A DNA stretch of 64,000 nucleotides from contig AP024665.1 in the NCBI GenBank assembly GCA_024346625.1, positions 558,001 through 622,000 of the forward strand, read 5' to 3'. Below the pieces are notes generated by a model. The model was not told where the DNA came from. It was given only the letters and a program-made list of their open reading frames with translations, and made no database searches. Within the stretch, counting starts at the first letter, position 1; each line of letters opens with the position of its first letter. This document shows positions 1 through 10,956 of the stretch, one piece after another. Both the position numbers and the translations under genes were made by a program. This DNA is from Williopsis jadinii. Taxonomy: Eukaryota.

Positions 1-1
1 A

Positions 2-1210
2 TGGCATGGTGTTTGGGACTCCAACGAAGAGAAGCCTCTTATTAATGACTACTTTGCCGTACACCCATTGTCGGGTGCTACTGTGGATGAGGAGTATTTC
101 ATTAACAACTTCTTTGTTGATCACTTTGCCCAATACAGAGAGGCTGTGAGAGCTGTTATGCCAAATGCCTTCATATTTCTGGAGCCACCTGTGTTGCAAC
201 TACCTCCAAGGCTCATTGGCACTGATCTAATAGACGACAAGACAGTGTACTGTCCTCATTACTACGATGGAATGTCGCTCATGTTCAAGTCATGGAACAC
301 CAAGTATAACGTCGATACCCACGGAATCATGAGAAAGAAATACTCTAACCCTGTCTTTGGAATCGTTTTTGGTGAGAAGAACATCAGAAACAGTTTCAGG
401 AAACAATTGGCAACCATGAAGGAAGAAGGTGAAGAGTACCTGGGAACGATCCCTGTTCTTTTCTCAGAAATTGGAATGCCTTTTGACATGGATAACAAGC
501 GTGCATACGACGATGACGATTTTTCTTCACAGACTTCAGCATTGGATGCTCTGGGCTATGCACTGGAAGGCTCTAACCTCTCTCATACCTGGTGGTGTTA
601 TGCCTCTGAGAATTGTCATAAATGGGGTGATCGTTTCAACTGTGAGGATTTCTCATTTTGGTCTATCGATGATGACCTGGATGACTCAACTCTCCCTGGA
701 TCAAGAGGGTGGGACTCTGCCTTGACCAAGCAACAATACTCTCAGAAGTCAATTGGGCTAGACAGCAGTGATACGGAGACTGTCATAGAATCGTCTAGCA
801 CGTCGAACAGACAGAGATGCAAGACTGACACACCTTCGAGGACAACAGATGATAAGGCTCATCTGGGTCTTCGTGCAATAGACTCAATCATTAGACCTTA
901 CCCATTGGGGATAAACGGTGATTTCATTGAAGCAGTATTCGATTTGAAGAACTTGACATATCGCATCAAGCTGGCTGGTAGCGAAGACATGTCGGTGCCA
1001 ACAAAGATATTCTTCCCGGACTGGCATTTCGGTGTAGACTCATCTGTTGAAATCAGTTCAGGATCATACGAATTTTCCGATGACGGGCTTGTCCTCGAGT
1101 GGCTTCATGAGCCGGGTGAACAGACCCTGGTTGTGAAGGCATTTGGATCACAACAGCAGCAGCAGCCGACTAACTTCTTCACATCATTCTTCTCATCTAT
1201 ATGTTCCTGA
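2..1210 (+). CDS. EGH1: GH5 ergosteryl-beta-glucosidase / endoglycoceramidase-related protein, 5'-truncated by the window edge
   Basis: The frame is open from position 2 (WHGVWDSN...). Motifs PHYYDG..L, P.LFSEIGMPFDM (nucleophile Glu region) and WGDRFNCEDFS. Convergent with PRI1, as YIR007W/YIR008C are in S. cerevisiae. Confidence 0.85.
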   Translation, partial: WHGVWDSNEEKPLINDYFAVHPLSGATVDEEYFINNFFVDHFAQYREAVRAVMPNAFIFLEPPVLQLPPRLIGTDLIDDKTVYCPHYYDGMSLMFKSWNTKYNVDTHGIMRKKYSNPVFGIVFGEKNIRNSFRKQLATMKEEGEEYLGTIPVLFSEIGMPFDMDNKRAYDDDDFSSQTSALDALGYALEGSNLSHTWWCYASENCHKWGDRFNCEDFSFWSIDDDLDDSTLPGSRGWDSALTKQQYSQKSIGLDSSDTETVIESSSTSNRQRCKTDTPSRTTDDKAHLGLRAIDSIIRPYPLGINGDFIEAVFDLKNLTYRIKLAGSEDMSVPTKIFFPDWHFGVDSSVEISSGSYEFSDDGLVLEWLHEPGEQTLVVKAFGSQQQQQPTNFFTSFFSSICS

Positions 1211-1290
1211 GGCGTGCGAAATAACATGACATTGGTTAAATTTTCTACAATTTTGTCTGTTTTCTGGTTTATAGTAATAGTACACACAGT

Positions 1291-2682
1291 TTAAAACTCA
1301 AGATCTGGTTCTTGCTCATCACGTTCACGCTTACCAGTAACTTCTGAAGCCAATAACCTTTTAACAAATGCTGTGAAAAGATCAGTGTAAGGCTTAAGAC
1401 TTGTCTTGTCCCAATTAGCAACCTTCTTGTCGTCACCACGGTGTTCCTCATCATACTTCAAAAGCTCACCTTGTATCTGACGAAGATTTGGAGATGTCAT
1501 TGGATTAAATTCTTTATTGGCATCAAATGGAACACATACGTTACCTGTTCCAGGGTGGATACAGAACGGCGACTTTAGCAAGTGGATCATCTGACGGGAG
1601 ACTTCAACATCCAAACGTGGGTATACAACTTCCAAAATGATATCTTCTTCAGCCTCGATAACCATTTTTTTGTCATTGGCCTTAGGGAGACGTTGTGCCA
1701 TTGACGAGATGTCTTGGAACTTGTCAAGACTCGATCTGTGTGGCTTTGTTGTCCACTCCTTCTTCAAAGCATCAGTGATTGAGCTGTTTGGGATCTTTGA
1801 GAGAAGATCTTGAATTGCCACTTCGTCGTCACGCCATGGATCCTGTTCCTGGATGATTGTTAGGAAATCAGGCTTCAAAATGTCCAAGGAACGTTGAATA
1901 TGTGGATGCAAAGGACGACGCAAGTTCAATCTCTTCGTGCCTTTGTTTTTCAAAATATCTAGGTATTCCACGATAGCTCTTCTTTTCGATTCGTCTAATG
2001 ATCTGGCTCTCTTGTCACTGACCCAGCAATGAGCACCACGTCTTCCGGAGAAGACCCAGATCATGTGCTCGAAGCCAAAGTCCTCTCTCAAGGCAACATC
2101 CAACACCTTTGTAGCAGCAGTAATAAACTTCCAGCATTTGGTACAGATCTGAGTCTTGGAGCAACATGTACGGATTTCATCATAATCGGTCAAGTCGATA
2201 TCGAAAACCAGCTCCTTTTCCAAAGGCTTCATTGCACTCTTTGGCAATGTCTTTCTTTCACTTGGATTGACTGCATAAACGGCACCAACTTCAAATCTGG
2301 TAGGATTCACCCTGACAACAGAAGACTTGAAATCTTCCGGACTTTCAAAAGAGTTATAACGTTGATAGGCACCAGACCTGTGTTCATACGCAAATTCCCT
2401 CATTGTAAAATCCTTTTGGGGTTTTGGGGAGTGATTCAACCACTGGAAGACGTACCTGAAGGGTAGTAGTCTTTCGTAATAGAATGCCATATCATCTGCA
2501 GAGATCTTCTTGTTGCTGGAGTCTAGGGAGTCAGAAGCAGGACCCAAAGAGTCTGATGGAATCTGTTTCAAAGGCGATGAAGGCGGCCTGTTTCTCGATG
2601 ATACGTTTGGGTTAACAGGCGAAGAGGCCATCGACGACGATTCAAGGTTATCCGTCGTCATTTCAGAAGCAATGGTTGGCAT
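1291..2682 (-). CDS. PRI1: DNA primase small (catalytic) subunit
   Basis: 463 aa; KELVFDIDLTDYD, FSGRRGAHCWV and HLLKSPFCIHPGTG are archaeo-eukaryotic primase motifs. Confidence 0.97.
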   Translation of the reverse strand: MPTIASEMTTDNLESSSMASSPVNPNVSSRNRPPSSPLKQIPSDSLGPASDSLDSSNKKISADDMAFYYERLLPFRYVFQWLNHSPKPQKDFTMREFAYEHRSGAYQRYNSFESPEDFKSSVVRVNPTRFEVGAVYAVNPSERKTLPKSAMKPLEKELVFDIDLTDYDEIRTCCSKTQICTKCWKFITAATKVLDVALREDFGFEHMIWVFSGRRGAHCWVSDKRARSLDESKRRAIVEYLDILKNKGTKRLNLRRPLHPHIQRSLDILKPDFLTIIQEQDPWRDDEVAIQDLLSKIPNSSITDALKKEWTTKPHRSSLDKFQDISSMAQRLPKANDKKMVIEAEEDIILEVVYPRLDVEVSRQMIHLLKSPFCIHPGTGNVCVPFDANKEFNPMTSPNLRQIQGELLKYDEEHRGDDKKVANWDKTSLKPYTDLFTAFVKRLLASEVTGKRERDEQEPDLEF

Positions 2683-2803
2683 TTTTCTATGTGTGCAATG
2701 ATCGTGTCAAATCACCTTCTCTGGACTTAGAAACAAGAGCTTTCACTCCCACAAGGACCGTAGAACCAACAAAAACACGAAGAATCGTTAGAAACAGAAA
2801 GCG

Positions 2804-2819
2804 ACGCGACGCGTCGCGT
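2804..2819. promoter_or_regulatory. MCB-type (ACGCGT) G1/S element inside a perfect 16-bp palindrome upstream of PRI1
   Basis: ACGCGACGCGTCGCGT, about 120 bp upstream of the PRI1 ATG. MBF/MCB control of DNA replication genes is well established in yeasts. Confidence 0.7.
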
Positions 2820-2849
2820 ACGTTTAGACTTTCAGAGCACTCAAGATAA

Positions 2850-2894
2850 ACATCCAGACACCCAAACATCCATACACCCAAACACCCAGACATC
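2850..2894 (+). repeat. Degenerate 8-bp tandem array (ACAYCCAN x5.5), Rap1-site-like
   Basis: ACATCCAG ACACCCAA ACATCCAT ACACCCAA ACACCCAG ACATC in the PRI1/PRE1 divergent promoter. Confidence 0.65.
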
Positions 2895-2917
2895 GCATTC
2901 ACCGCGAAGGCTTCCCT

Positions 2918-2927
2918 GGAGGCAAAA
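2918..2927 (+). promoter_or_regulatory. Rpn4/PACE-like proteasome element (GGAGGCAAAA)
   Basis: Lies ~150 bp upstream of the proteasome gene PRE1. Resembles PACE GGTGGCAAA and the Candida-type GRAGGCAAAA variant. Confidence 0.6.
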
Positions 2928-3073
2928 GTCGAAGACAGCGAAGAAGCTTGCAACAAATGTCAAAACAACAATAGTAAAGGAGGATCTGATTGTGTTAAAG
3001 AGCACTACAATTGGCCAATTACAGGGTTCCGTTACGAGGTTTTAACAAGCACAAGTTTTAAATATTACGAAAC

Positions 3074-3817
3074 ATGGATATTGTTCTTGGGATTAAAGTG
3101 AAAGATGCCGTCATCATTGCCACCTCCAAGGCCGCCACTAGAGGTATCTCGATCATTGGTGAGAAGGACGACAAGACTAGAAAATTGAGCGATCACTCTC
3201 TCATTGCTTTTACAGGTGAAGCTGGTGACACGGGTATGTTGGTTGTTCCTCTTCATAGGAGGAACCTTTTCCTACTTGGAATGTTATGGCTGTTTACTAA
3301 CGCATTGTTTACTCTAGTTCAATTTGCTGAATATATCCAAGCAAATGTACAACTCTATGGAATTAGGGAGAACTTTGAACTTAGCCCAAAGGCAGTGGCA
3401 AGCTTCACAAGAAACGAGCTTGCAAAATCACTCAGATCAAGAGTAAGTGGACTAGTTGCCAATCAGCTTTATTCTTTATGATGGAGGTATATGTTCTGAA
3501 CTAACACTGCAAACTAGAAACCATACCAGGTGAATGTGCTCATTGCCGGTTACGATGAGAAGACACAAGAACCATCACTGAACTGGATAGATTATTTGGG
3601 AACCAATGTTGAACTTCCTTATGCTGCCCATGGATACGCAGCATTCTACACATTTTCATTGCTTGATCATCACTATAGACCTGATTTTACAACAGAACAA
3701 GGGTTACACTTGTTAAAGCTGTGTATCGAAGAATTGCAAAAGAGATTACCAATCGATTTCAAGGGAGTATTTGTCAAGATTGTGAATAAGGATGGAGTGA
3801 AGGAAGTGGAGATTTAA
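3074..3817 (+). CDS. PRE1: 20S proteasome beta-4 subunit; exons 3074-3233, 3318-3442, 3518-3817
   Basis: Intron 1 is 3234-3317 (GTATGT..TACTAAC..TAG). Intron 2 is 3443-3517 (GTAAGT..AACTAAC..TAG). Splicing restores GEAGDTVQFAEYIQAN and SLRSRKPYQVNVLIAGYD. Confidence 0.95.
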
Positions 3818-3947
3818 AGTGTACCTCATACCTTTCTCTCCTACTGTAATAAACACAGAAATCTGCGGATGAATGTATGAGTACAGAGACGAAGAGAATT
3901 GTACGAAAAAAAATGTAGCCAAGAAGAAAAGAAGACCACGTCATAGT

Positions 3948-5048
3948 TCATCCAAGGTGGAGATCATCACACGCACCGACTCTCCAGAAGTACTCCGCGT
4001 GGTCTTTTGCATGTAGCACCTGTCTCCAGTTGAAAGAAAACAAGTCGCTAAAATGGAAGTCAATGCTATGTGTTTGTTCGTGTGCTAGTCCATTATAAAG
4101 AACCGAACTCAATGGCTGTGGGAGGCCTTCTTTGTTGATGACAAACTCCAATCCAACAGGTATGAACTTGTTTCCTGGAGGCAACAATGGTACGTAATCA
4201 CCTACGTGGATTAGCCTGAAACACCCTTCATCTATGGACCCATCGTCAGCTTCTAAAGCCTTGTAAACGTCCTTCGATCGGAAAACCTCATCCATATATC
4301 GTGCTAATTCCATATTTGCAACTTTTGGTGACCCATAAGATATAATCAAAGGATGGTATCCCAAGAGGGCAAGCTCAAGACCTGTGAGTAGGGCGAGAGA
4401 CCCGCCCAGCGAATGCCCTACAACCACCAACTTGTAACCAGGGAATGCATCCAGTAGCTTATGTACCGAGGGGAAAATGTCATCGTGTACCTCCTTGTAC
4501 CTTCTATAGAAGCCTTTGTGAACCTTACAATTGACACACGAATCACCAAAGCTTTCCCTTGCCTTTTCATCCAATGGCTCATAATCCACAGTCATTATAT
4601 CAATATCAGTGAGGTAGTCTCTTGTGTTGACGGTACCTCGAAAGGCCAATATGATTGAGCCATTGCCACTGTGGTCCACTGCAAAGAAGCCCTCTGCGTG
4701 TGTTAGTGGCGGCAACTCTTCGCTTTCTTCATTGGTTAGATTCCGTATGGAGTAAAGGTACTTGGCAATGTGAAGCTCGATACCGTCAACATCACACCCA
4801 TAGTACTCCTCATCTGAATACCCACTCTGCTGGAACTGCTGTTCTGGCCTCAATGTAACAGGCTGTGCAAGGTCATTATCTCTGCTCATTCTGGAAGCGC
4901 AGTAGCTGGCCTTACACACATACGCATACCTTGTGAAGGTGTCGTAGACAGATGTACTAAGCTCTAAGCTGGCGTTTGTCACGCATAATACCGCTGTACA
5001 CCAGAAGTTCACCATCAAAATCAGCTGTATTCGGAGATTTGAGACCAT
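3948..5048 (-). CDS. Secreted class 3 (fungal-type) triacylglycerol lipase
   Basis: Hydrophobic N-terminus; IILAFRGT, CKVHKGF, GHSLGG nucleophile elbow, YGSPKV and HVGDYVP motifs. Confidence 0.9.
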   Translation of the reverse strand: MVSNLRIQLILMVNFWCTAVLCVTNASLELSTSVYDTFTRYAYVCKASYCASRMSRDNDLAQPVTLRPEQQFQQSGYSDEEYYGCDVDGIELHIAKYLYSIRNLTNEESEELPPLTHAEGFFAVDHSGNGSIILAFRGTVNTRDYLTDIDIMTVDYEPLDEKARESFGDSCVNCKVHKGFYRRYKEVHDDIFPSVHKLLDAFPGYKLVVVGHSLGGSLALLTGLELALLGYHPLIISYGSPKVANMELARYMDEVFRSKDVYKALEADDGSIDEGCFRLIHVGDYVPLLPPGNKFIPVGLEFVINKEGLPQPLSSVLYNGLAHEQTHSIDFHFSDLFSFNWRQVLHAKDHAEYFWRVGACDDLHLG

Positions 5049-5451
5049 GGCTCAGTTCATGAAAACCTGCTTAACTACGGTATGTGAATAGTAAACTGAT
5101 GTGATCCATATCAACAGCTTCTAATGGAGTTTTGTTTGACTGTGGTTATGACGCTTCGAGACGTAAACAGTACGAGTTAAGGTTTGACACAAAACCCGGA
5201 AAAGGAAATATTCGTGATCGCAGTAATCCTTACAGGTGCTCATAACCATTGAAGTTGTGCATGCGGCGACGGAGGGTTGTTACCACAACAACCGCATGGT
5301 GAGACACATCTCCCCATATATATATAGAACGCAGTAGTGCTTTTCCATGAAATTCTTCATAGTTCTTCTTCCCTTTCCATAACATCGTGTTATACTTTGA
5401 ACAGTTTCTGCTGATCACGAGAAAGATTGATCGATTCCAAAGAGTAAAGAC

Positions 5452-6482
5452 ATGACGGTGAGAAGTGCAACACACGCTGGTTCCTGGTATTCAGGCAACC
5501 CGGCTAGATTAGACAAGCAAATGGATGCGTTTATACAGAGGTCTCCTCATGGTTCCGTTGATGGCGCAAGGCTCTTGATTGGACCTCATGCCGGTTATAC
5601 CTACGCTGGTGAAGTTCTTGCGCAGACGTACAGTGCTTGGGATACGTCAAAGGTGTAAGTGTCTTTCCTTCACTCCGTGGTTCTAGTCCCTACAAATGAA
5701 GCTTACTAACAGCTGCTTACAGTAAGCGGGTATTTATCCTGGGTCCTTCACACCACGTTTATTTCAAAAACGTTGCGTACATGAGCTCATGTGACGAGTA
5801 CGAGACGCCATTGGGGAACTTACCTGTAGACACCGAACTGATTGATACACTGTGTAAGAGTCATAAGGTGTTTAAGAAGATGAGGTTGGACGTTGACGAG
5901 GATGAGCACAGTTTCGAGATGCACTCTCCATTTATATACAAGCAAACTCAACACTTACCACAAGGTGTTCCAAAGATAATTCCAATTATGATTTCACATG
6001 GCGACTCGACATTTAACGATCAAGTGGCGCAGGCTTTGGCACCTTACCTCAAGGATGAGGAGAATACGTTTGCCATTAGCAGCGACTTTTGCCATTGGGG
6101 AAGACGGTTCGGGTACACCGTGTACACGCCTGATGAGTCACTTAAAGGGTTGAAGACTATCAGTCACACTCCACAGGGGGAACAGGCAGGAGAGCTTTTG
6201 ATCTACCAGTCTATTGAATTTTTGGATAAATTGGGCATGAAAGTTGCATCCACTGGGTCATCAGAGAATTGGGATGAGTATATTGACACCACAGGAAACA
6301 CCATTTGTGGACAGCATCCGATCTCTCTGCTGCTTAAGACTGTTGAGTTGGTTCGTGAGAAGTACGATAAGCCTCAAGATTGGGGGTTGTTTAACTGGAT
6401 AGGATATGCGCAAAGTAGCCAAGTCACCACATACAACGACTCCAGTGTTAGTTATGCAAGTGGGTACGCAGTTACGGTGTGA
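5452..6482 (+). CDS. MHO1: MEMO1-family protein; exons 5452-5654, 5723-6482
   Basis: RSATHAGSWY, PHAGYTY, DEDEHSFEMH, SSDFCHWG and SSVSYAS motifs. Intron 5655-5722 (GTAAGT..TACTAAC..CAG) restores SKVKRVFILGPSHH. Confidence 0.93.
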
Positions 6483-6568
6483 AATAAATGATATCTGGAT
6501 CTGAATAATTTACCATGAGATTCGTTAAATTAATGAGAGGGGGCCTTAGACTCCCATACAACAGCACA

Positions 6569-7066
6569 TCACCTCACTATCCTGCCTACTGGCGTTTTAT
6601 AATTCTGTGAATTTGCCTTCTTAGATTCCCTTTTTCTCATAAGTATCGGTGTCGTTAGCTCCGGTATAGGACTCTTCATATGTGAACTTCCAACTCCGAA
6701 GTCGTGTTCTCCAACTTTCTCCATGGTGTGAGGAATCGTAAAAGCTGTTGAGGTCGAAGCGGACAGATCTCTATTCATCTCTAGACTTTTCAACAAAGTA
6801 TCATCTTTCATCCCATCCCACCACTGTTTGTCATCACTTAGAAACATATCGGCATGTGTATCCTTCCATTTGGGGTCCTTTGGCTTCTTGTTCTTTGTAG
6901 AACCAAAGGATAAGGATGATATTGACTGTAAGAACGAACTGAAATCCTGATTCACCGGGAGAGTATCAATATCTTCATCCTCAAGCTCATCACGATACCA
7001 CTGCTCCATATGGAGAACATGATGTGATCTTCTCATATGCGTGTAGTTAAACGAACTATCTGACAT
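6569..7066 (-). CDS. SWM1: Probable APC/C subunit Apc13/Swm1
   Basis: N-terminal DSSFNYTHM..HHVL...W..D.L..EDI and a later P.WKD match the Apc13 pattern as I recall it from S. pombe Apc13 and S. cerevisiae Swm1. Confidence 0.7.
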   Translation of the reverse strand: MSDSSFNYTHMRRSHHVLHMEQWYRDELEDEDIDTLPVNQDFSSFLQSISSLSFGSTKNKKPKDPKWKDTHADMFLSDDKQWWDGMKDDTLLKSLEMNRDLSASTSTAFTIPHTMEKVGEHDFGVGSSHMKSPIPELTTPILMRKRESKKANSQNYKTPVGRIVR

Positions 7067-7313
7067 AGTCGCTATCCTAATACTGTCATATGTTGTTGCT
7101 TAGTGGTTTCTTTGTGTGGGTGACGAACTGCTGTTAACGCTCACAGTGAATTTATGCAGATCCGAGGGGTAAACAAAACCGGATTTATACGTTAGCTTTA
7201 TATACAATGTCGTACAAGCGAGTTCAACCACATCAACCAGCTGATGGCCAAATTCCTTTGAATGGGTATATGTGCATTTGTATATGAGTTGTATCAGCTG
7301 TATAATCAATCTC

Positions 7314-10094
7314 TTACGATGAAATGGCCATTTCACTAAAGTCCTTGTCCAAAGTTTCACTGAAAGCGTTGGCTTTTTCGTTATTACCTTCATCCGATTC
7401 TTCAATACTTTCTTTTGAGCTTGATTCATTAGATATGGATTCCACCGACTCTTCTCTCACAATGTCATAGTCAATGTTTATTCTCACCATTTTCACAACG
7501 TTTGAGATAAACATTTCTCTGCAAATGCTAGACAGCTTTAGAGCCACTTGTTGAAGTTTTTCCTCTTTATCATCAGAACTTCTCATGAATGCTTCAGGAA
7601 CAACGAGGTATTTTGTCTTGTTAACAGCTTGGATGCTGTAGAGCATATCAGATTCGCCAAACAATGGTCTAACAACATCGTCAACCATGTCTCTCGTAGT
7701 ACCTTCAATACAGTCCTGGATCAAGATCGCATTGAGATTCTTTTTCGTGGATTCAACCTTCAACGGGATCTTTGTCGTTGCCCTCTTATGAGCTTGGAAC
7801 CTTCTTATACCTTGTGCCAAGGACATCTCTGGTGACGCTGAATTTGGTTTCTTGGAGACAAAGACGCTTCTCTTAGGTTCAGGGTCTTGTGATTCAGAAA
7901 ATAGCCCAAAACATTCGGCCAGCTCATGCACAAATGCCCTTTGTTCACGCCTCATAGGTTTGAAAGACATCGAGCGACGTTCATTAGACATGAACTCTCT
8001 CATTATACCCTCCACTTGTAAACACCATTTCTCTTGAACACTTGCAATCTTCAAAACTTCATCAGAATACGGCACATTGGCCATATCAGATTCTGCAGAG
8101 TTACTTGTAATGTTGAATGCACTTTTCAGTCGTTCATCTCTTTCTTTCAACACACATGAGACATCACAGCTTATAGGCGTACCTGCAACAGACTCCTTAT
8201 CCACTGATGCCCCACATGGAACCGTTTTAGTCATTCTCCCACATCTACACTTGACTTGAGTTGGTTCAGCGCAGACATCTTCCAACTTACACGGCTCTGG
8301 GTAATGGCATGGTGTCCTGTCAACATGAGAACAGTATTTCTTCTTTCTACCACAGAAGGACTTACAGACACATGGTCCCTTGTGGCATAGCATGAGACAG
8401 GTGTGTCCGCAAGGTAACTTGTGATCACACTTGTTACCACAGAATACATCCTTTTGGTGGCACATTGCGCTTCTCTTTATCTTCCTGGAACAGTTGCACT
8501 CCTTCATGACTGTATACGTACATTTTGGACACTCCACAGAGTCCGGATGACAGTTATGAGGCATTGGTGGATGACCACACGGAGTTGGCCTAATGCATGG
8601 ATGGTCACATGGTGGTAAAGTAGTACCACACCGCACTGGTGCCATCACCACTGTTTTACCACAGTTACAAACAAGATCATCGTTTGTAGATTCCAAGCAT
8701 GGACGACAAGGTCCTGCATGGCATGTATCGTGGCATACGTGGTCAGGATTTCCACAAGACAGTTTCTTGTTGCAAGTTCTTAAACAGATATGACCTGCTT
8801 CGACGTTGAAAGCCGAGTTTGCATTTCTCGATGTGACTTGATTATTCCGTAGACTTTTCTTTCTTTGCCTTTCCCTTGCCAATCCTGAAGATTCATCTGG
8901 ACAACAAATCTTTTCACATCTATGACGACGGCACGATAACAGGACAGTGCATTGTCTTGTGCAAGTTGCCTCGAATCCCTGAGAAATAAATTTACAGGGA
9001 ACATTAAATGAGTTGAACCCACAACGACACTTTTGCTTGAGGATTTCTAAACACGGTGAGCATTCGCCGTCATGGCATTTCCATTTACAACGGTGACCAC
9101 ACGGTAAAGTCTTGTTGCACAATTTATCACAGGTTGGAATTGGATCTGTACAGCACTGTCTATTCACACCATTGTTCAACTCCAAGATTGAAGTTTGACC
9201 ACATGGACAAGTCTTCAAGATATCAGGGCTTTGAGGACAGTGTAGTTTCCTTTTTGGAACTGGCTGACATGCTATTGATGTTGAATGAAGACCACAATCA
9301 TAGGTCACATCTTTAGTCAGTTTACATTGGAAGTCACCGACCCAATTGTCCTCTCTCCTCTCTCCGAAACTCAACTTGGGCATCCTCAAGTGGCACTTCA
9401 ACATATCTGTTGATTGGCCGCAGTAGCATCTCGATGAAACAAAAGTTTCACATTTACCACACAACCCGGCATGGCATTTCTTACCACATTTATGCAATTC
9501 ACAGGGCAAGAACTCCTGGCATATCTCGTCACACTGCCATCCTTCGATATACGGCGTAATGACACACGGCCATTGGTTTTCATGTTTACCACATTTACAT
9601 TTCAACAATGGGCCCAGCGCATTACATTGTGCATGAGGTCCCGGATGGCAAGCCAACGGACACTTATGAGGACAGCCAGGCAACTGCGCACCACAAGTTT
9701 GACCACAACTACCCGGATGCAGTTGATTTGGCTGTGGATTTATAGTCTTTGAACACCAGCATTTGTCTTGGAATTTGGTTCTAGCATGCGTTGAATGACA
9801 AGCAGGGCATTTCCAATTACCCTCCTCATCGGTCGAAGAGCCCTTTGTTGACCAGCTCGAGATGCAAGAGATGTGATATACCCTATAACAGTCGCCGCAT
9901 GACCAGAACTCCTCCGTGTAGTCTATCTCACCAGTACACACCAAGCACACGTATGTCTCCTCTCTTATCTCCTTTTCGATAGTTGTTCTGAGATCAGAGT
10001 CTTCAACTTCCAGTTCTTCGGCATCATCAGAGGAATAGTCCGAATCTAACTCCGGGATCACTGCTTCCTCCTTTATATCTTTATCCGAGGCCAT
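7314..10094 (-). CDS. FAP1: NF-X1-type zinc-finger protein with RING/PHD and R3H domains (FKBP12-associated)
   Basis: N-terminal CLVC..C..C..VYH..C..W..WKCPAC; repeated C..H.C...CH.G.C..C units; R3H motif FKPMRREQRAFVHELAECFGL.SES.D.EP.RSV. ATG at 10094 (the track starts at the preceding GTG). Confidence 0.92.
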   Translation of the reverse strand: MASDKDIKEEAVIPELDSDYSSDDAEELEVEDSDLRTTIEKEIREETYVCLVCTGEIDYTEEFWSCGDCYRVYHISCISSWSTKGSSTDEEGNWKCPACHSTHARTKFQDKCWCSKTINPQPNQLHPGSCGQTCGAQLPGCPHKCPLACHPGPHAQCNALGPLLKCKCGKHENQWPCVITPYIEGWQCDEICQEFLPCELHKCGKKCHAGLCGKCETFVSSRCYCGQSTDMLKCHLRMPKLSFGERREDNWVGDFQCKLTKDVTYDCGLHSTSIACQPVPKRKLHCPQSPDILKTCPCGQTSILELNNGVNRQCCTDPIPTCDKLCNKTLPCGHRCKWKCHDGECSPCLEILKQKCRCGFNSFNVPCKFISQGFEATCTRQCTVLLSCRRHRCEKICCPDESSGLARERQRKKSLRNNQVTSRNANSAFNVEAGHICLRTCNKKLSCGNPDHVCHDTCHAGPCRPCLESTNDDLVCNCGKTVVMAPVRCGTTLPPCDHPCIRPTPCGHPPMPHNCHPDSVECPKCTYTVMKECNCSRKIKRSAMCHQKDVFCGNKCDHKLPCGHTCLMLCHKGPCVCKSFCGRKKKYCSHVDRTPCHYPEPCKLEDVCAEPTQVKCRCGRMTKTVPCGASVDKESVAGTPISCDVSCVLKERDERLKSAFNITSNSAESDMANVPYSDEVLKIASVQEKWCLQVEGIMREFMSNERRSMSFKPMRREQRAFVHELAECFGLFSESQDPEPKRSVFVSKKPNSASPEMSLAQGIRRFQAHKRATTKIPLKVESTKKNLNAILIQDCIEGTTRDMVDDVVRPLFGESDMLYSIQAVNKTKYLVVPEAFMRSSDDKEEKLQQVALKLSSICREMFISNVVKMVRINIDYDIVREESVESISNESSSKESIEESDEGNNEKANAFSETLDKDFSEMAISS

Positions 10095-10429
10095 CACCAG
10101 TTTTGCCTAATGCTTCCCGTTCGCTCGATCTCCTTCTTCGTTCTATCTAAACCTCTCAGTACACCCACAGTACCGCTCCAACGGAGACTCAACAAACGTT
10201 GTATAGGGTCATCAGCTCTTACATAAACTGTACGAACACTACTCGCCTAATAAATTTTCACTCCATGGAGCGTGCACATCCGTACACCACAAATGAGGAA
10301 AGTGATCCTGGTATGGGGCACATTGTATTGTTTTCCCGCGAATTGGTTTTTGGTGAAAAACGAACGCCAGAAAGTTTTCTCCTCCTTCAAGGTACTAATA
10401 GCTCTAAAAGTCCATACAATCACAACATA

Positions 10430-10956
10430 ATGAGATCCACCTTGGTTAGAAGACTGGCTGATCCTTGGGCCAAGAGGTGAGTACTCATATGGTCGCAGAT
10501 ATCACCCGCCATTGGTTGTCTTTCTACTTTTTTTACTCCATGCTCTGCTCCACTCCGCCTGGCCCCCTTTGTCACATATAGCAAGGGGGAGGCCCCATAA
10601 TCGTCAAAGAACTCATCCGAGAAGAAGAATCTCGAGATGCATGGTATCCGAAGACACTGCGTTGTTTTGCTCCTCGGAGGAGAGAAGGGAAGAGGGCCAG
10701 CGTAGAGTTCTGGGCTGTGGTCATAGCAATGGTGGCCATAATGATGGTGGCTAATGCAGTACCCCGACATATACTAACCATCTACCACAGAGAGGCTTGG
10801 AGATACGAAGGTCATTTTACAAAGGCTAACATGTACAGAAACCTCTGGCCAGGATTTACATACGGTGTCGGTGCCTTCGTTCTCTACTGTATTGGTGAGA
10901 AGGCGCTCGGTGGTAAATCACATAGCGAACATGGTGCAGAACACAGCGAACACTGA
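10430..10956 (+). CDS. Mitochondrial complex I accessory subunit NDUFB3/B12 (NB2M); exons 10430-10476, 10791-10956
   Basis: Intron 10477-10790 (GTGAGT..TACTAAC..CAG) joins DPWAKR-EAWRY..F...N..R.LWPGF, followed by a transmembrane segment and a His-rich tail, the NDUFB3 signature. Confidence 0.88.

Noticed and set aside
10199..10781. Several overlapping short ORFs in and around the NDUFB3-like intron
   Set aside because: Explained by the spliced gene model and GC-rich intron composition.
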